DNA of 63,861 nt, counting the filler, from Platydemus manokwari (lineage: Eukaryota), in NCBI GenBank assembly GCA_037951405.1. It is 6 parts of 6 records of this genome, joined end to end, with 100 filler letters (N's around TTAATTAATTAA, not from the genome) between each part and the next. Parts side by side here need not be neighbours in the genome. Positions count along the whole stretch, not along the records: positions 20,952 to 33,358 come from JBBMOY010151121.1; positions 33,459 to 43,305 come from JBBMOY011197432.1; 4 more parts are not named here. One strand, given 5' to 3'. The notes beneath the pieces are model-generated. The model saw nothing but the letters and a program-made list of their open reading frames with translations. It searched no databases and had not been told where the DNA came from. Below, in pieces: positions 23,279-36,083 of the stretch; positions within the stretch are counted from its first letter, which is position 1, and the number at the start of each line of letters is the position of its first letter. A program made the translations under genes and the position numbers.

Positions 23279-26200
23279 ATGACAGAACCATTCCAGAAGC
23301 AATTATCAAATAGAACAATTAATCCATTCAACTCCAAAGTGACAATACCCGAATCATTAATTTTTAGTGGATATTTTCTCAAACCTTCGACATCAAAAAC
23401 ATTCCAATTGAAATTATTTAATTACTTAGACAGACCAAGTGGATGGAAATGTTTGATTTATCATTTATTTATGTAAGCTCGTTTAGTGTTTTAATAAATA
23501 ATATTTCTAATATCATATAGAATTGATTATCATTGATTTTATTTTTATATCAATGTTTTGCAAACCAATTCATTAGAAAATTAATTTATATTTAATTTGT
23601 TTAGATTTTCACTTGTTATCACAATACTAACTATAAGTGCTCTGGAAACTGTCCGTTTCACACCGTTGACTCGAATTTGTCTCTATTATTTGGTTTGCAA
23701 TTTTAAATTTCATTATGAAAATTGTTTCTCAAATCAAATTCCTCTTTAAAAAAAACGATTTATTTATTTAATCACATCAATCAGTAAATAAACAACTCAT
23801 TTCGTTATTGATTTTTTCAATTTGTTTGTCATCGTTTGATTTATATTCTTACGTAATACAGACTAGTAACTAAGAATCGTTGTGCAACAACTCCTTGCCA
23901 AATACAATATTCTAAAAAAATTTATAGGATCTTAGGCATTGATGACTATAATATTAACAATAGTAATGAAAGTAGTAGTGACAATAATGTTTAATGTTCT
24001 TTTTCAAGCCGTAGTATTAATGTATGTTCTTGGAAAAGTGATTTGTTATTAAAATATGCCTGTAGGAAATAAATATGACCTAAACTAGATAAATTCATTT
24101 AATGAGAAACGGATGTCAGAATTTATATTTGTGATTGAAAGAGTTTTCAAACATTACATAAAGAAGATATTGTTTAGATACTTTTGAACACAGTTGTTGG
24201 TGAAGAAAACCTGACAGTATTTCATTGGCTCTTCTCGATCATCCGGAAAAACATTAAATTGAATGTTGAAATCTCACTTGTTTAAAACATATTCTAGCAC
24301 ATATTTCAGATAAAACAGATCATATTAATTAATTAAAAAAACAACTTCGTACGTGATTTAATAAACAAATTTTAATTTATGCTTGTCTTACCAGTTTTGA
24401 AAGCCATCCTTGGATTTATCACTGGATTTATAGCTGTTTATTCCAGGCTTTGCGGAACATATTTTTGCATTAAAAAATAAAATTATAAATTTTCGATAAA
24501 ATATATTTATTATTCATTAATAAATATATTTTGCAGGAAATAATTTTGGTCATTGTTTTCATTTTGGAATATATTGCCAGAGTCTGGTCTGCTGGATCTC
24601 AGAGTTCCTTCCAACATTTCAAAGGACGTCTGAAATACGTCAGTCGATTGGCCAATATATTTGGTAATGTCATTTTTATCTAAAAATAATTATAATTCGT
24701 TGAATGAATGTTAATAATAAGAGCCAAATATTACCGAAGAAAAAGTTGTTAAAAATAAAAATGCTTTGTTGTCGATAATCTTAATATCATTACAGATTTG
24801 TTAATTTTGATTGGCTCAATTCTTAGCTTGACTCTCGGTGTGAGTGAAGGAATGATTACAGCATCAACTATGAAGTTTGGGACAATTTTGAAATGAAACG
24901 AAATAATAATAATAATGTGTTTCAGAATTCTCAGATTAATTCAAATTGTGAGAATTGCAAGAGTGGACAGAAGAGGTGCTACCTGGGGCTTGTTGAGTTC
25001 TGTGATTTATAATCATCATAAAGTAATTTGAATTTTGAAATTTCCTTCATAATAGGAATTATTAAATATTTAATGTGTATTAAATTATTATTAACTGTAC
25101 ATCTTTTTCAATTCGATTTATTAATGGCAATATTTCTTATAGGAACTGATCACTGCTCTTTTTATTGGATTCCTATGTCTATTGATTTCTTCATATCTGA
25201 TGTTTGTTGCCGAAAATTATTCCAAACCTAGTACCCAATTTAAATCATTAGCTGATGCATTCTATTGGGGAATTGTAAGTTATATCAGTGTTGAAATGGC
25301 ATCATGATATGTTCTTATTAAATCAGATAACAGTGACTACGGTGGGCTATGGAGATATAACTCCAGAAACATGGCTTGGCAAAACAATTTGTGCCTGTGG
25401 AGCATTTGTTACAATTTCATTCTTTGCTCTTCCAGCGGTATTGTGTAGCTTTATTGTATAATATTGTATGGTAAAATAATTAATTATAATCGTAATCATT
25501 ATAATAATTATTATTACTATCATTAGCATTATTACACTAAAAAGTACAAGTAAGAATAGAAAATACATTAATTAACAGATACTGTTGTAAATCTATGAAA
25601 TAAAAGACTACAATTACGATGGAACATCCACGAATAATTTCCAAAACTTCTCAAACAAGTATACATTAATATCTCTTTATTAAATCACCTACGGAATTTA
25701 TTATATTAATTAATAAGATCTATTATATTTTAAATTGATGATCGAAGAGCCTTTAAAATCAAACTTTCGAAATTCGATTTTATGTTTTTCCGGATCATGA
25801 GAAGCAATCAATAAAATACTAAATCATCAAATGGCACTGTGTTCAAAAGTATCTAAACAATATCTTTACATTAAATTTGAAAAATCTACCTAACATAAAT
25901 ATAACTTCTGAAATATATTTTTTAATAAATAAATTTCTTTATCAATTTTCGGTTATGTTTGTGTCATGCAAGCAGATTTTAATAAATAATCACCTTTACA
26001 AGAACATACAATAATATTGCGTAAAAATTTTCAATTTTAAAATCGCATAAAAAGAATTAACTACATTTATTTTTTTCAAAAAATCCTTTTTCAAAAATCT
26101 TTTTAAAATTTTATTATCATGAGTGTAGTCTAAATTATTATGTGATATAAGTAAATAAATAGATGATCAAAAATATCTTACGTATTCTTTTATTTAAGGG

Positions 26201-28761
26201 AATTCTCGGATCCGGATTTGCTCTGAAAGTACAACAAAAGCAAAGGCAAAAGCATTATAACAGACAAATTCCTGTGGCCGCTACTCTTATACAGGTTGGT
26301 ATTTCCCAATGAGAATAAAATTAAAACATCAATATGAATTGTTCAATTTATCAATTGATAGCTTGTTTGTTCCATTTTAGACGTTATGGCGATATAATCG
26401 TATTAATTGTACAGTTGGTTCTAATGCTACCTGGGCCTATTACGCTTCGGCTGTTGGTGAATTTCGACAGAATCATTTGAAAAGACGTCGAGATATGATA
26501 TTACAAATGGATCAGAAAAACAATCACCATAGTGAGATAACTTTTATATTTTACTTCTAACCAGGAAGAAAGCTTTTAATCGAAAACTTGATACAATTTT
26601 TCTGTTTTAGATATTAACGCTATATCCAAAGTGAACACCGACGACTTCAGTGATTATGAAAATTATGAGTAAGAATATATTGATTTTTTATTATTATCAT
26701 ATCAATAGATAAATATCAAATTTATTACAATTTATAAATATATTTTGAAACTACTTACTATTAAAGAGTAAATTAAATGTTTTGAAAATTTTAGTAAAAA
26801 TTACTCACAAAAAAAATCTGTATTGTCTTTAACACATCATGAATAATTAATTATCTGAATTATATTTTATTCGTGGTGTATTTCTAGATTGACATCATCA
26901 CAGAGGAAGCAAATAAAAGTCCTTTCAAATATTCGTTTCCATGTCGCTAGAAGAAAATTTCAAGTATAATTTTGTTGGATTATTTTTGTTATCAGTATCG
27001 ATTATTTGTCAGCAACTTCGAAATCCTTATGATGTTCAAGATGTTATTGAGCAATATTCTCAAGGACACTTTCATTTGATGCTCAAAATGAAAGACATTC
27101 ACAGAAAGTTAGCCTTGATTTTTAGAGACATTAATTATCGATTAATTATAATTATGATATCTTATTTAGTTTTTCATAATTATATGATCAATTTATTGCA
27201 GTATTATTTGAGAAAATGTTTAACAAGTATTTTAATGCCAATACACTATTAAAATATGTGAAAATCTTCGTATAAATTTAAGCAATTTTTGTGTACGTTT
27301 GTTAACAATTCTGTAATAAATGCTTCAATTACCGGAAGTCGTGTATCAAACTTCACTATTCCTGAATATACCAAGATAAATATTGCAAGTATGCTAAATC
27401 TTATCAGCCTTGTGAAAGACCTCTCTCAATGTATTATAAAATTAACAATATTACCATAGAAAATTTAACCTGAAAATTAATTTTCAAAAATTTCCCAATT
27501 GTAAATCTGAGATGACAATCTTTATTAAAATTTATTAAGCATGTCAAAATTATCTGAGAATATACATAAGTCAGTCCTTCCAAAGACCTTTAAATAATAT
27601 ACCACATTTTCTGACACAAAACCCACCCGTTATTATTTGCTAAATTTTTTCTTGTACATTTCTAATCTCGTGTCCACTTTGATATTACTTCTTCATTTTT
27701 CTATCTGTTCGTTCATTTTATTTTATAAATTTCGATAATTTTAAATTTTTTCTTTTAATTTCAGTAAAATTAGTTTGACAATCTTGCCATACATATTAGT
27801 GATGGTGGCCTAAAATATCGAGATTTTTGTATACAGATATTTTTAAAGGTGATTTATTTCAAAATTGTGATTTTTATTTGTTTTCGATAATCATATTATT
27901 AGTCAATGTTTCTCTAGGAATTTATTTTTGTATAAAATGTTTCTTGTCGTATTCGCAATTGATAGAATTCATCTTGTGTGGAAATTTCCTTTTTACTTTT
28001 CAAATTATCAGATCTAGATTGTGGTATATAAAAGCTAACAGTTATTCCATTCATATTGTGCTATGTAATATACACCAGTATGCCATTGATGTGTGTTATA
28101 CATTAAAAAAGGGTTGTGTGCGCACAAATTATTTTGTTTGTGGTAATACAGATTACCAGGAAATGCGGCAAATATATTTTTAGAAACACTAAATTTGTTA
28201 ACACAGTTTAGTTCACCATATTAGTTGATAATTTATTCAATAACTTATCAATTTTTGTTTGAACTATCTAAGTATAATTTAAATAAAGGACAAAATCAAA
28301 GAACAAACAAAGTAATTTTAACGAATCACAGTTTTAATTAATTGATGAAAAGATTTTTGTGTAAAACTAATTCTTAAAATATAATCGACTTTTTCTTATA
28401 TCCAACTGACTATTTTGTTCCATGAAGAATCGACCAAACAGTGGGAAAGATCAATGAATACAAAATTCGAAAACCAACTCCAACAATAATAGAATCACTA
28501 GATATTCTAAACAAAAAGGTTTGTACTTGTTGTTGAATAGACTTGATAGCTTATATGTAAATATAGATGAATCATCTAGAGAATATGGTTGCAAATATTC
28601 ACAGTATAATAACATCCTCTCCAAATTATTTTAAGAAAATAGATCATTCAAATTGTAATAATCAGTCATCCAATCAACTTACTGGAAATGCTAAGAACAA
28701 TTCGACACCCAATGACAGTTCTAACGATGATTCATGTTCAGATATCAATTCAGATTGTTAA
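23279..28761 (+). CDS. KCNQ1: KCNQ1-type (Kv7) voltage-gated potassium channel, complete, 14 exons, 529 aa
   Basis: Exons 23279-23472, 23605-23692, 24537-24663, 24796-24874, 24926-25022, 25143-25274, 25327-25437, 26199-26294, 26381-26531, 26611-26668, 26888-26963, 27013-27107, 28428-28518 and 28567-28761 splice in frame (1590 nt). Motifs: [16 protein letters not shown]4 [17 protein letters not shown], pore TTVGYGD, S6 [32 protein letters not shown] (KCNQ1-like), [15 protein letters not shown]. An in-frame TAA sits directly before the ATG. Confidence 0.95.
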
Positions 28762-31700
28762 CAACAAATAAAGAATGCAAAATCATTATTTAATAATCGC
28801 TCATCTAATCTCGCTCATCAATTGGCTTCATCTGATTGAATAACTTATTCATTTCTTATTCACTAACCTACATATCGATTTTTTAAATTGATTTAAAATT
28901 TCAAATATTTTATTGCATATCTTCGTTTGAATACGAAAGATTGATTTCTATATTAAATTTAATAATATTTATTTGACTTAGATTTTTGAAAAAAGTTCGT
29001 TTTTAAATTTTTTTGAAGTTATATGAAATAAAAAACATGTTTGTTAAAGTTTAAAATTGATTTTGACTTTCAAATTTTTCCAAATTTATTTATTTTATAA
29101 TATTATTGTAATTGGTATTATTAATTTGTTATTTTGTTGGTGTTATTAAGATGTTATGTTGTACCATCGGTTGTTATGGAAACATGACCGTTGATTTCTA
29201 TCAATGGCAAATTATATTTCGGTAATTTGATTGAATTTTTTGAAATTTATAGTTTCATTCTGAATGTTACACTCATTTTTAATAAGGCTTGATAACAAAG
29301 CTTGAATTTCTACACAACAGTATATATATATGAAGTTATTCATCATCTAATTCAAATTCCAACCCAAGCCCATTTGGAACCATTTTTTACATAATCAATT
29401 TCAGGAAATGTTTCATAAAAGGTTTTAGTATAGGAACTGTGCTCATCTTATTTAACAATATCAGTTCAGTAATTCTGCTCTCAGCATTCAAATAGTTCGA
29501 TTGTTTTACTGATATGGTTGTCCTTTTATACTAGTTTTAAAAGCCATTATTTGCCAATATTTTCTTTAACTCATTTTCATTATTTATTTCATTAATTTCC
29601 GGTTTAATTTTAGTTGTCTATTATCGAAATGTTCACAAGTTAATCAGAGATCATTTTTGAAATCTTATTAATCATCAGATATTATTTCTATTAAACTCGT
29701 GAATTTATTCGATTGCGAAACTATTTGTGCTATTTTAATAATTTTAACACACCTGTTTCTGGAGAGATTTTAGGTGGGATTATTTTGACGTATTCCTAAA
29801 ACTTCAAAATTTTACAAGATAATTAACTTAATCGTCTTGTTTAATTTATGTTTTTCAATATTGATTTGATCATTAATTGAGCGTGAGATCAACAAGTTTC
29901 AACAGCATTTATGATCTATGAAACCTGGAAGATATTTTATTGAAGTTATTTAAGCTTGTCGTTATATCTCACTACTATCTCACTGGTACCAGCACAAAGG
30001 CCATGTCCATTCAGCGTGTGTTAAGCCGAGTAAATAAGTATATAATTTATCCTAGTATCAGGTCAAAAAATTATGTAATGACTAATACAAATCTATTTTA
30101 TAATAAATTAGAACTATAGATTGGGTGATGATAAGTTTTAAAGGATAAAAACAATAATACCAAGTATGGGACTATTTTCATCCGACTTTGGTCAATTGAA
30201 ATGTCTAAGAAAATGCTAAGTTTTTAAATGAGGTGGATATTTTACTCTAGTTAGATTTCAGTTATTTAATAATTTACCTAGCTCGGGCAGCTTCACAAGA
30301 CATAATTATTATGATAAGAATGGTTTACATATCAAATAATCAGAAACTTTAAATATAATCAAATATGACAAAGTTTCTATAATATATAAAATTTCTTTAT
30401 TAAAGTTAGATAAATCTTAGATTTGTTTAAATATTTGAAATAAACGCGTGTGATTTTTAAAACAATAAATTTTGATGGAAACAACCAATGTTTTTACTGG
30501 TGAACACGCAGGAAAGAGAGACAGAAAAAATTTGCGATTTTGCCCCAAAAAACCCAGGAATTAATGATTTCGTAGCCGTCGTTCTTCGATGAATCAATCC
30601 AAGATGCTGAATATGGTTCCAGATAACCAAGGATTTTGCCACATTTAATCAAATGGAATTATCATTTGCATTTCAATAACTATTGAGAGATGACCTCAGA
30701 GTCAAAAGCAATTAACAGTTTTATAAATTACATGCATTTGGTTATTCAAAAACTCATACAGTTTATTTTGAGAATGCCAAAATTGTAAGATCCACTCAAA
30801 CATACATATATAATGGTTGAAGGTAAGTGAGATGATCATACAGAGCCAACAAAGTACCATATAGTAAGAAAAATCAAACTGGTTCTAGAATGCTATTATC
30901 AGAGGACACATAGGAAATTAAATACTGAAGTTCAATAATGTCTCAATGAAATTCAAGCAATAGACTAAAGCGAGTTAAATCAAAGTTGAGATCGAAATAT
31001 ATGATATCGATGATTTATTAGAAAAAGATAATATAGAGGAATACTGAATTAGAATCATTAAAAACCCAACATATCTGCAATGGAATTTTGTAATAAAATT
31101 CAGGATATTTACGATTCGTTATAGTAGGAAGAAAATGAGATGGTCTTTGAATAAATAGTAGTCATAATGGAGCGAAAACAGACCGAAAAGAGCGTTGAAA
31201 TAACATAAATAATGATAATTTGATAAATGCATTAATTATTCCGAAGAAAAGATGGATAAATGAGTTATTAGAAACTAAATCTCGAATGAAGTTAGAACTT
31301 TTGTTTTAAAAATTTCACAGAAAATTATTCCAAGTAGTAATTTGAAATGTGAAATTATCATTATCAAACAAGGTCCTATTTTGCAAATCTTTCTCAAAAT
31401 TGTTGCTGAAAGAGACTTTCATCCGATTCGTCACAGTTCCTTACTGCAATATTTTTTAGGTCAGGCGAAATCGAGGAAATTGAACTAAATCGATTCCACG
31501 TCGAGAGTTCAATGATCATATTATTGAGCATCTAACAAAAACAAGAAAGATACCTACAGAGGCCTTAACAATGAAAATTTTCAATACGCACAGACTCGAT
31601 AGACGTATTGGTCGGTAGTGAATCAGATGCCTTCAAATAGAAATGGATAAATAGAAGTCTATCATTGATTAGTGCATAGCTTCAAGCCATAGTATTTATT

Positions 31701-32262
31701 AGCATAAGATATCAAAGAAATATTGTTCATTTGAATGATTATGCCTTTTAAATTCATCATCGATTAAACTGTAAAATTGTTACTTTTGAGATTGTTGGGA
31801 TTCCTCCGATAGATTTTTGATAAAACAGTTAACGGCTTAATTAGTATCTGAGTTCGAACACAATCTAGGTGTAACAATACCTTAATAAATTTATAATTTA
31901 TGATCGCCTCGACACAACTCAATAAACTGGGGATTTTTGGTGCGGTGTTAACAGTAAATTTTCTCAGCTCAAATAAATTTATCTTTACTATCTGAGTTGA
32001 AAACATGCTTAACTGTTTGATATATATGACTTTATTTGAATGCTAGAATTTTACGATTAAATAAAAAACAGAGTGATGATAAACAGCGATTATAATTGAT
32101 AAGTATACTGCTGGATGATGTTGTATGGAACACTTTAATAACTATTGCAAATCAATAAAACCGAAGCGTATTTTTTAAAATTATATTGAAATAATAATAG
32201 TACATAGTTTATCAGTAAATACTAAGTTTGGTAACTCTGTAAATGTCTCTAATAATTCCAGT

Positions 32263-32753
32263 TGTTGGATTATCAAACAACAATTTGAATCTACAAATTT
32301 GTATTAACCAAAATAATACATTCAAAATTTCAATAATAACAATAAAAAGTCTTTACGCAATTCATAAAGAAAACCATTCAAGAAGGGATCAGCACCCGAA
32401 AGTTAAAAAGCAGAATGAAGAGTAATCAAAACAGCTGATTGCTAATATCAAACATAAGCTAAATACTGAAATTACCGACCAAAAAAGACTGGCAAGAATC
32501 CATGGAATTCAACCTCTTTTATAGACCCATCAGGTGTGTTTGCTTGATGTCGCGGATCTTCGTTTTCAATTCACTGAATTTGTTTGTGGATTGGTTTACT
32601 TGAGATTTTCCTTATATATCATGCCATTAGTGGATATTTGAGCTTACTGCCGTTTGTAGTCATGTGCCTGTCGATTCTTAGGTTCTAAATATGGATTAAC
32701 ATTATAACGAATCTGATAGGTTTTTCTTTTTAGGGTTTTTCCTTGGTTCTTGT
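32263..32753 (-). mobile_element. LTR fragment, same family as the solo LTR at 49121-49634
   Basis: The reverse complement aligns along ~490 nt with ~49155-49634 (AAGAACCAAGGAAAAA, ATCAGATTCGTT, GGTCTATAAAAGA, TGCCAGTCTTTTT, terminal ..CCAACA). Confidence 0.8.
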
Positions 32754-33358
32754 GTTGGGATCCCCACCTAGCACATGATCCCCATTTAGTTTCGAAAAAT
32801 AACCAAAACTGTATACACATCCCAAAAATAAAACTAAATCTAAAATTGTACAAACATCCCAAAAATATAAATTATATTGTAAAAAGTTAACCAAATTCAA
32901 ATTGTAAAAATATTTCCTCTACTATGTAACCCAGTTAGGATTCCTATATGTATTACTTTACTTATTAAACATGCGCCATATGACACCTTTGAGTATGGAT
33001 TAAACTGGCAAAAGCTCAACTACAGAAATGATGACAACAATTCGCCTCAGACATCGAGATCAACAATAATTGTTATAAACTTTGGATAATGAATCAAGAC
33101 AACCGATATGTTTTTGATAATAACAATTGACATGCTTCTTGACAGTATCTTACATGTTCACATTTACACCTTAACAATATTGTGTTTTATGTGTTTCAAT
33201 TCGGTATTAATATTTAATATTTATTTGTGTGAAAATTTGATAATATTTTATTTTTACTTTTTATTTTTTTTGTGAAAATCCGGCAGAGGATTAAAAACAC
33301 GGAAAGATTAAAATAAATAAATAATAAAGATAATTAATATAATAAAGATAATTAATAA

Positions 33359-33458
33359 NNNNNNNNNNNNNNNNNNNNNNNNNNNNNNNNNNNNNNNNNN
33401 NNTTAATTAATTAANNNNNNNNNNNNNNNNNNNNNNNNNNNNNNNNNNNNNNNNNNNN
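33359..33458. other. Artificial contig-joining spacer
   Basis: N44-TTAATTAATTAA-N44. Confidence 0.97.
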
Positions 33459-33884
33459 AGTTGTAATTGTTTACTAATTAAACGATCAACAATTCCAAAT
33501 GATAGTCAACGAATTGACGGGTTTCATAGTCATTTATACTCACCAATAACCGACTAGGACAACTAATCCACAAATCAATAATTGGTTGATTTGAACACTT
33601 ATTCATTCCTTAGATATCTAGTTTCGCTTATCTCTGTGTTCAATTGTGTTGAATGAGGAAAAATTCTTATCAGAAATCAAATTCACAAAAATCTCAAATT
33701 TGCACGAACTTGCCCCCAGTCCTAGCCCAACCGTAAACAAATAACCTAGTTACATAATCAATCGAAACTAGTAAGTGCAGAATCCTTAAACTGTGATTGT
33801 ATATCTTAAATTCAAACAAGAATAAATCGGATTTTAAGAAGAATCTTATGTTTTTCAAGTGGATATAATAAACAATAGGTTGGT

Positions 33885-33929
33885 GTAGCTATTTCCAAGG
33901 TAGCTATTTCCAAGGTAGCTACTTCCCAA
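33885..33929. repeat. 15-bp tandem repeat x3
   Basis: GTAGCTATTTCCAAG, GTAGCTATTTCCAAG, GTAGCTACTTCCCAA. Confidence 0.85.
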
Positions 33930-35484
33930 ATTTTCCCTTGATGTAGATTTTTAAGCTTGAGTGAAGTGTGCAAACTGCTTGATGAAATTGTAAATTTGGT
34001 TTCAATTTTTCAGTAATTCTTTAATTTATCTAAAACAACTAAGGCATGGTGATGAACTCAAAATCATGGGATTTGATTTCTGTTTCATATCAGCTATATA
34101 AATCTCACAGTATGAATTATAATATATTATTTATGATTAAGCTTTTATCATTAAACTGGCTCTTATCGATTATAAGATTCTCGACAGCCTATTAATCCAA
34201 ATCAGAATTTTATTTCCATTGGTAGTGCTACTCAAACATGGTTATCAAAACAATTTTAATGATTTGCATAAAAATAGATGAATTCATTTATATTTGTGAG
34301 AAATCTTTTACGATTATAGAAAATTTAACTCAATTTTTATATCTTTCATTTAATTCTAATATTTTGATTGCTTTGTTATTTGCTTTATTGAAATGGTTCA
34401 AAGAAAAATCAATAAATTGACAAAACACGGAAACCAATACATAAGAAATTAAAATTAGAGTGCGTTATTCGAATCTTAAACAAGGAAAATCACTCAATAG
34501 TTACTGATGTCTTCGATTTAACGGAATACTTGGGGATTTATTGATCACTGTATTTTATACAATAGAAAATTATAGTTGAACTCTGTCAATATCACCTAAC
34601 TAAATCGATACACATTTACTATATAAAATAATAATATTATAATTATGTTTTATTCAAAAAAAATTAATTAATAAAACTCATTTATTTGTAATTTCGTATC
34701 AGAAGAAAATTTTATAATTTTATTCACATCTATTCATAATGCTTGTTAATTTCTCATTTATTTGCGTCCATCAATCATGATTCATTAATCGATCATGCAT
34801 TAATTCTACGGACCGTGTACTTATAATTTACTCGGTTTATTATACCAATAATGAGTTTCAATAGCTATTGTGAATAATGAATGGAAAACATGCATTACAT
34901 TTTCATAAAGAATAACATTATGCAATTAAACATGGTAGAAAACAACGATAGATCTGATTAATAATTATTTTAATTGCTTTCCTTAAAAAAACTAAAACAA
35001 TATTTTAAGCAATTTAGAAAAATCTAAATCTTTTTAATATGTTAATCCACCTCTAGCTAAACTGCGGAATATTAATTATTAGTTGCTTGATAATTATTAT
35101 TTTTTTAATGAATTGCATTATTCTAATTATTTTTTGATTAATATTTTATTATTTATTTCATTATTTTTAAGCATAACATATTATTAATAAACTGATTAAT
35201 ATATCAATGTAATATTGATTTTCAAATATATCAATAATTACTTCAATCGAAATTTAGTTTTCAACTAATATTCGAATTTCATTAGTATTGCATATTTTGA
35301 TAGTTTCATATGATAAAATTGCTTAAGTTAAAACAAGGGGTCATTTAACCTACTTTCTTAATGATAAATTTTCGCACGTAAGATAATTTTATAAATTAAT
35401 TTTATATAAAAATGCTATGTCTGATTTATTCGTATGATTCAGTTAATATCTAAATTTTAGACTGTCAAATAGAAAGAAAACATA

Positions 35485-35905
35485 GTTTTAGAACCAAGTT
35501 CCCATTCTAATCACAACATTTCTATGTGATTATTTGAGTTTTTAAATTTAAGTTTTTTAATTATAAATCGAGTTAGTTAATTACAGATATGTTTAATAAT
35601 ATCATTGGGTTTTTTTTAAAATAATTGTAAACATTGAGAATATTTCTCAATTTGCTTGTAATGTTAAAATATGTGTCCTCGCTAATTTCCAATAAATTGC
35701 AATTCGACCTACTTTGATCTCCTTTTCAAATAATCAAAGTTTAGGATATTTTGAAGCTTTAATGTATTTAATATTTGATTTCAAATAACAGAAATTCTTC
35801 TTAAGTACTTAAATAAAAAATTCAAAATGTTTTTAAAGAATAATTAAATAAACTATATAGAATTTTGCAATAAATTCAACAAATTTAAAATTCTATATTA
35901 GGACC
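35485..35905 (+). repeat. Interspersed repeat family B
   Basis: Long match to 56068-56408 (ATTATTTGAGTTTTTAAA, CAATAAATTGCA.TTCGACCTACTTTGATC, CTTAAATAAAAAATTCAAAATGTTTTTAAAGAATA). Confidence 0.85.
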
Positions 35906-36083
35906 CCTTTTCTAAAATTTAGCCAATATTCATTATTATTATAATAAATCAAGTGTAAATTACAAAGTACAATGTTCCACGAATAATAAAAAGCTAAGGA
36001 CTCCTATACTCATTTCATAAATCATTTTTGTAAAGAATTTTCGAAAATAAATTATATATATATATTCTCTTATTTTATATTAG

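Noticed and set aside
27827-28183. 118-aa ORF in a KCNQ intron and the many 60-90 aa F/I/L/Y-rich ORFs
   Set aside because: Their composition is what random AT-rich DNA produces, many use non-ATG starts, and they have no motifs or splice support.
29645-29905. bantam-like words (GAGATCATTTTTGAAA; TGAGATCA)
   Set aside because: There is no convincing precursor hairpin, and the first lacks the 5' T of the mature miRNA.
29900-32000. Possible decayed retroelement/transposase fragments (also 13560-13860, 36860-37860, 62720-63060)
   Set aside because: The texture looks coding-like, but I could verify no diagnostic motif by eye. A TBLASTX/RepeatMasker search is needed.
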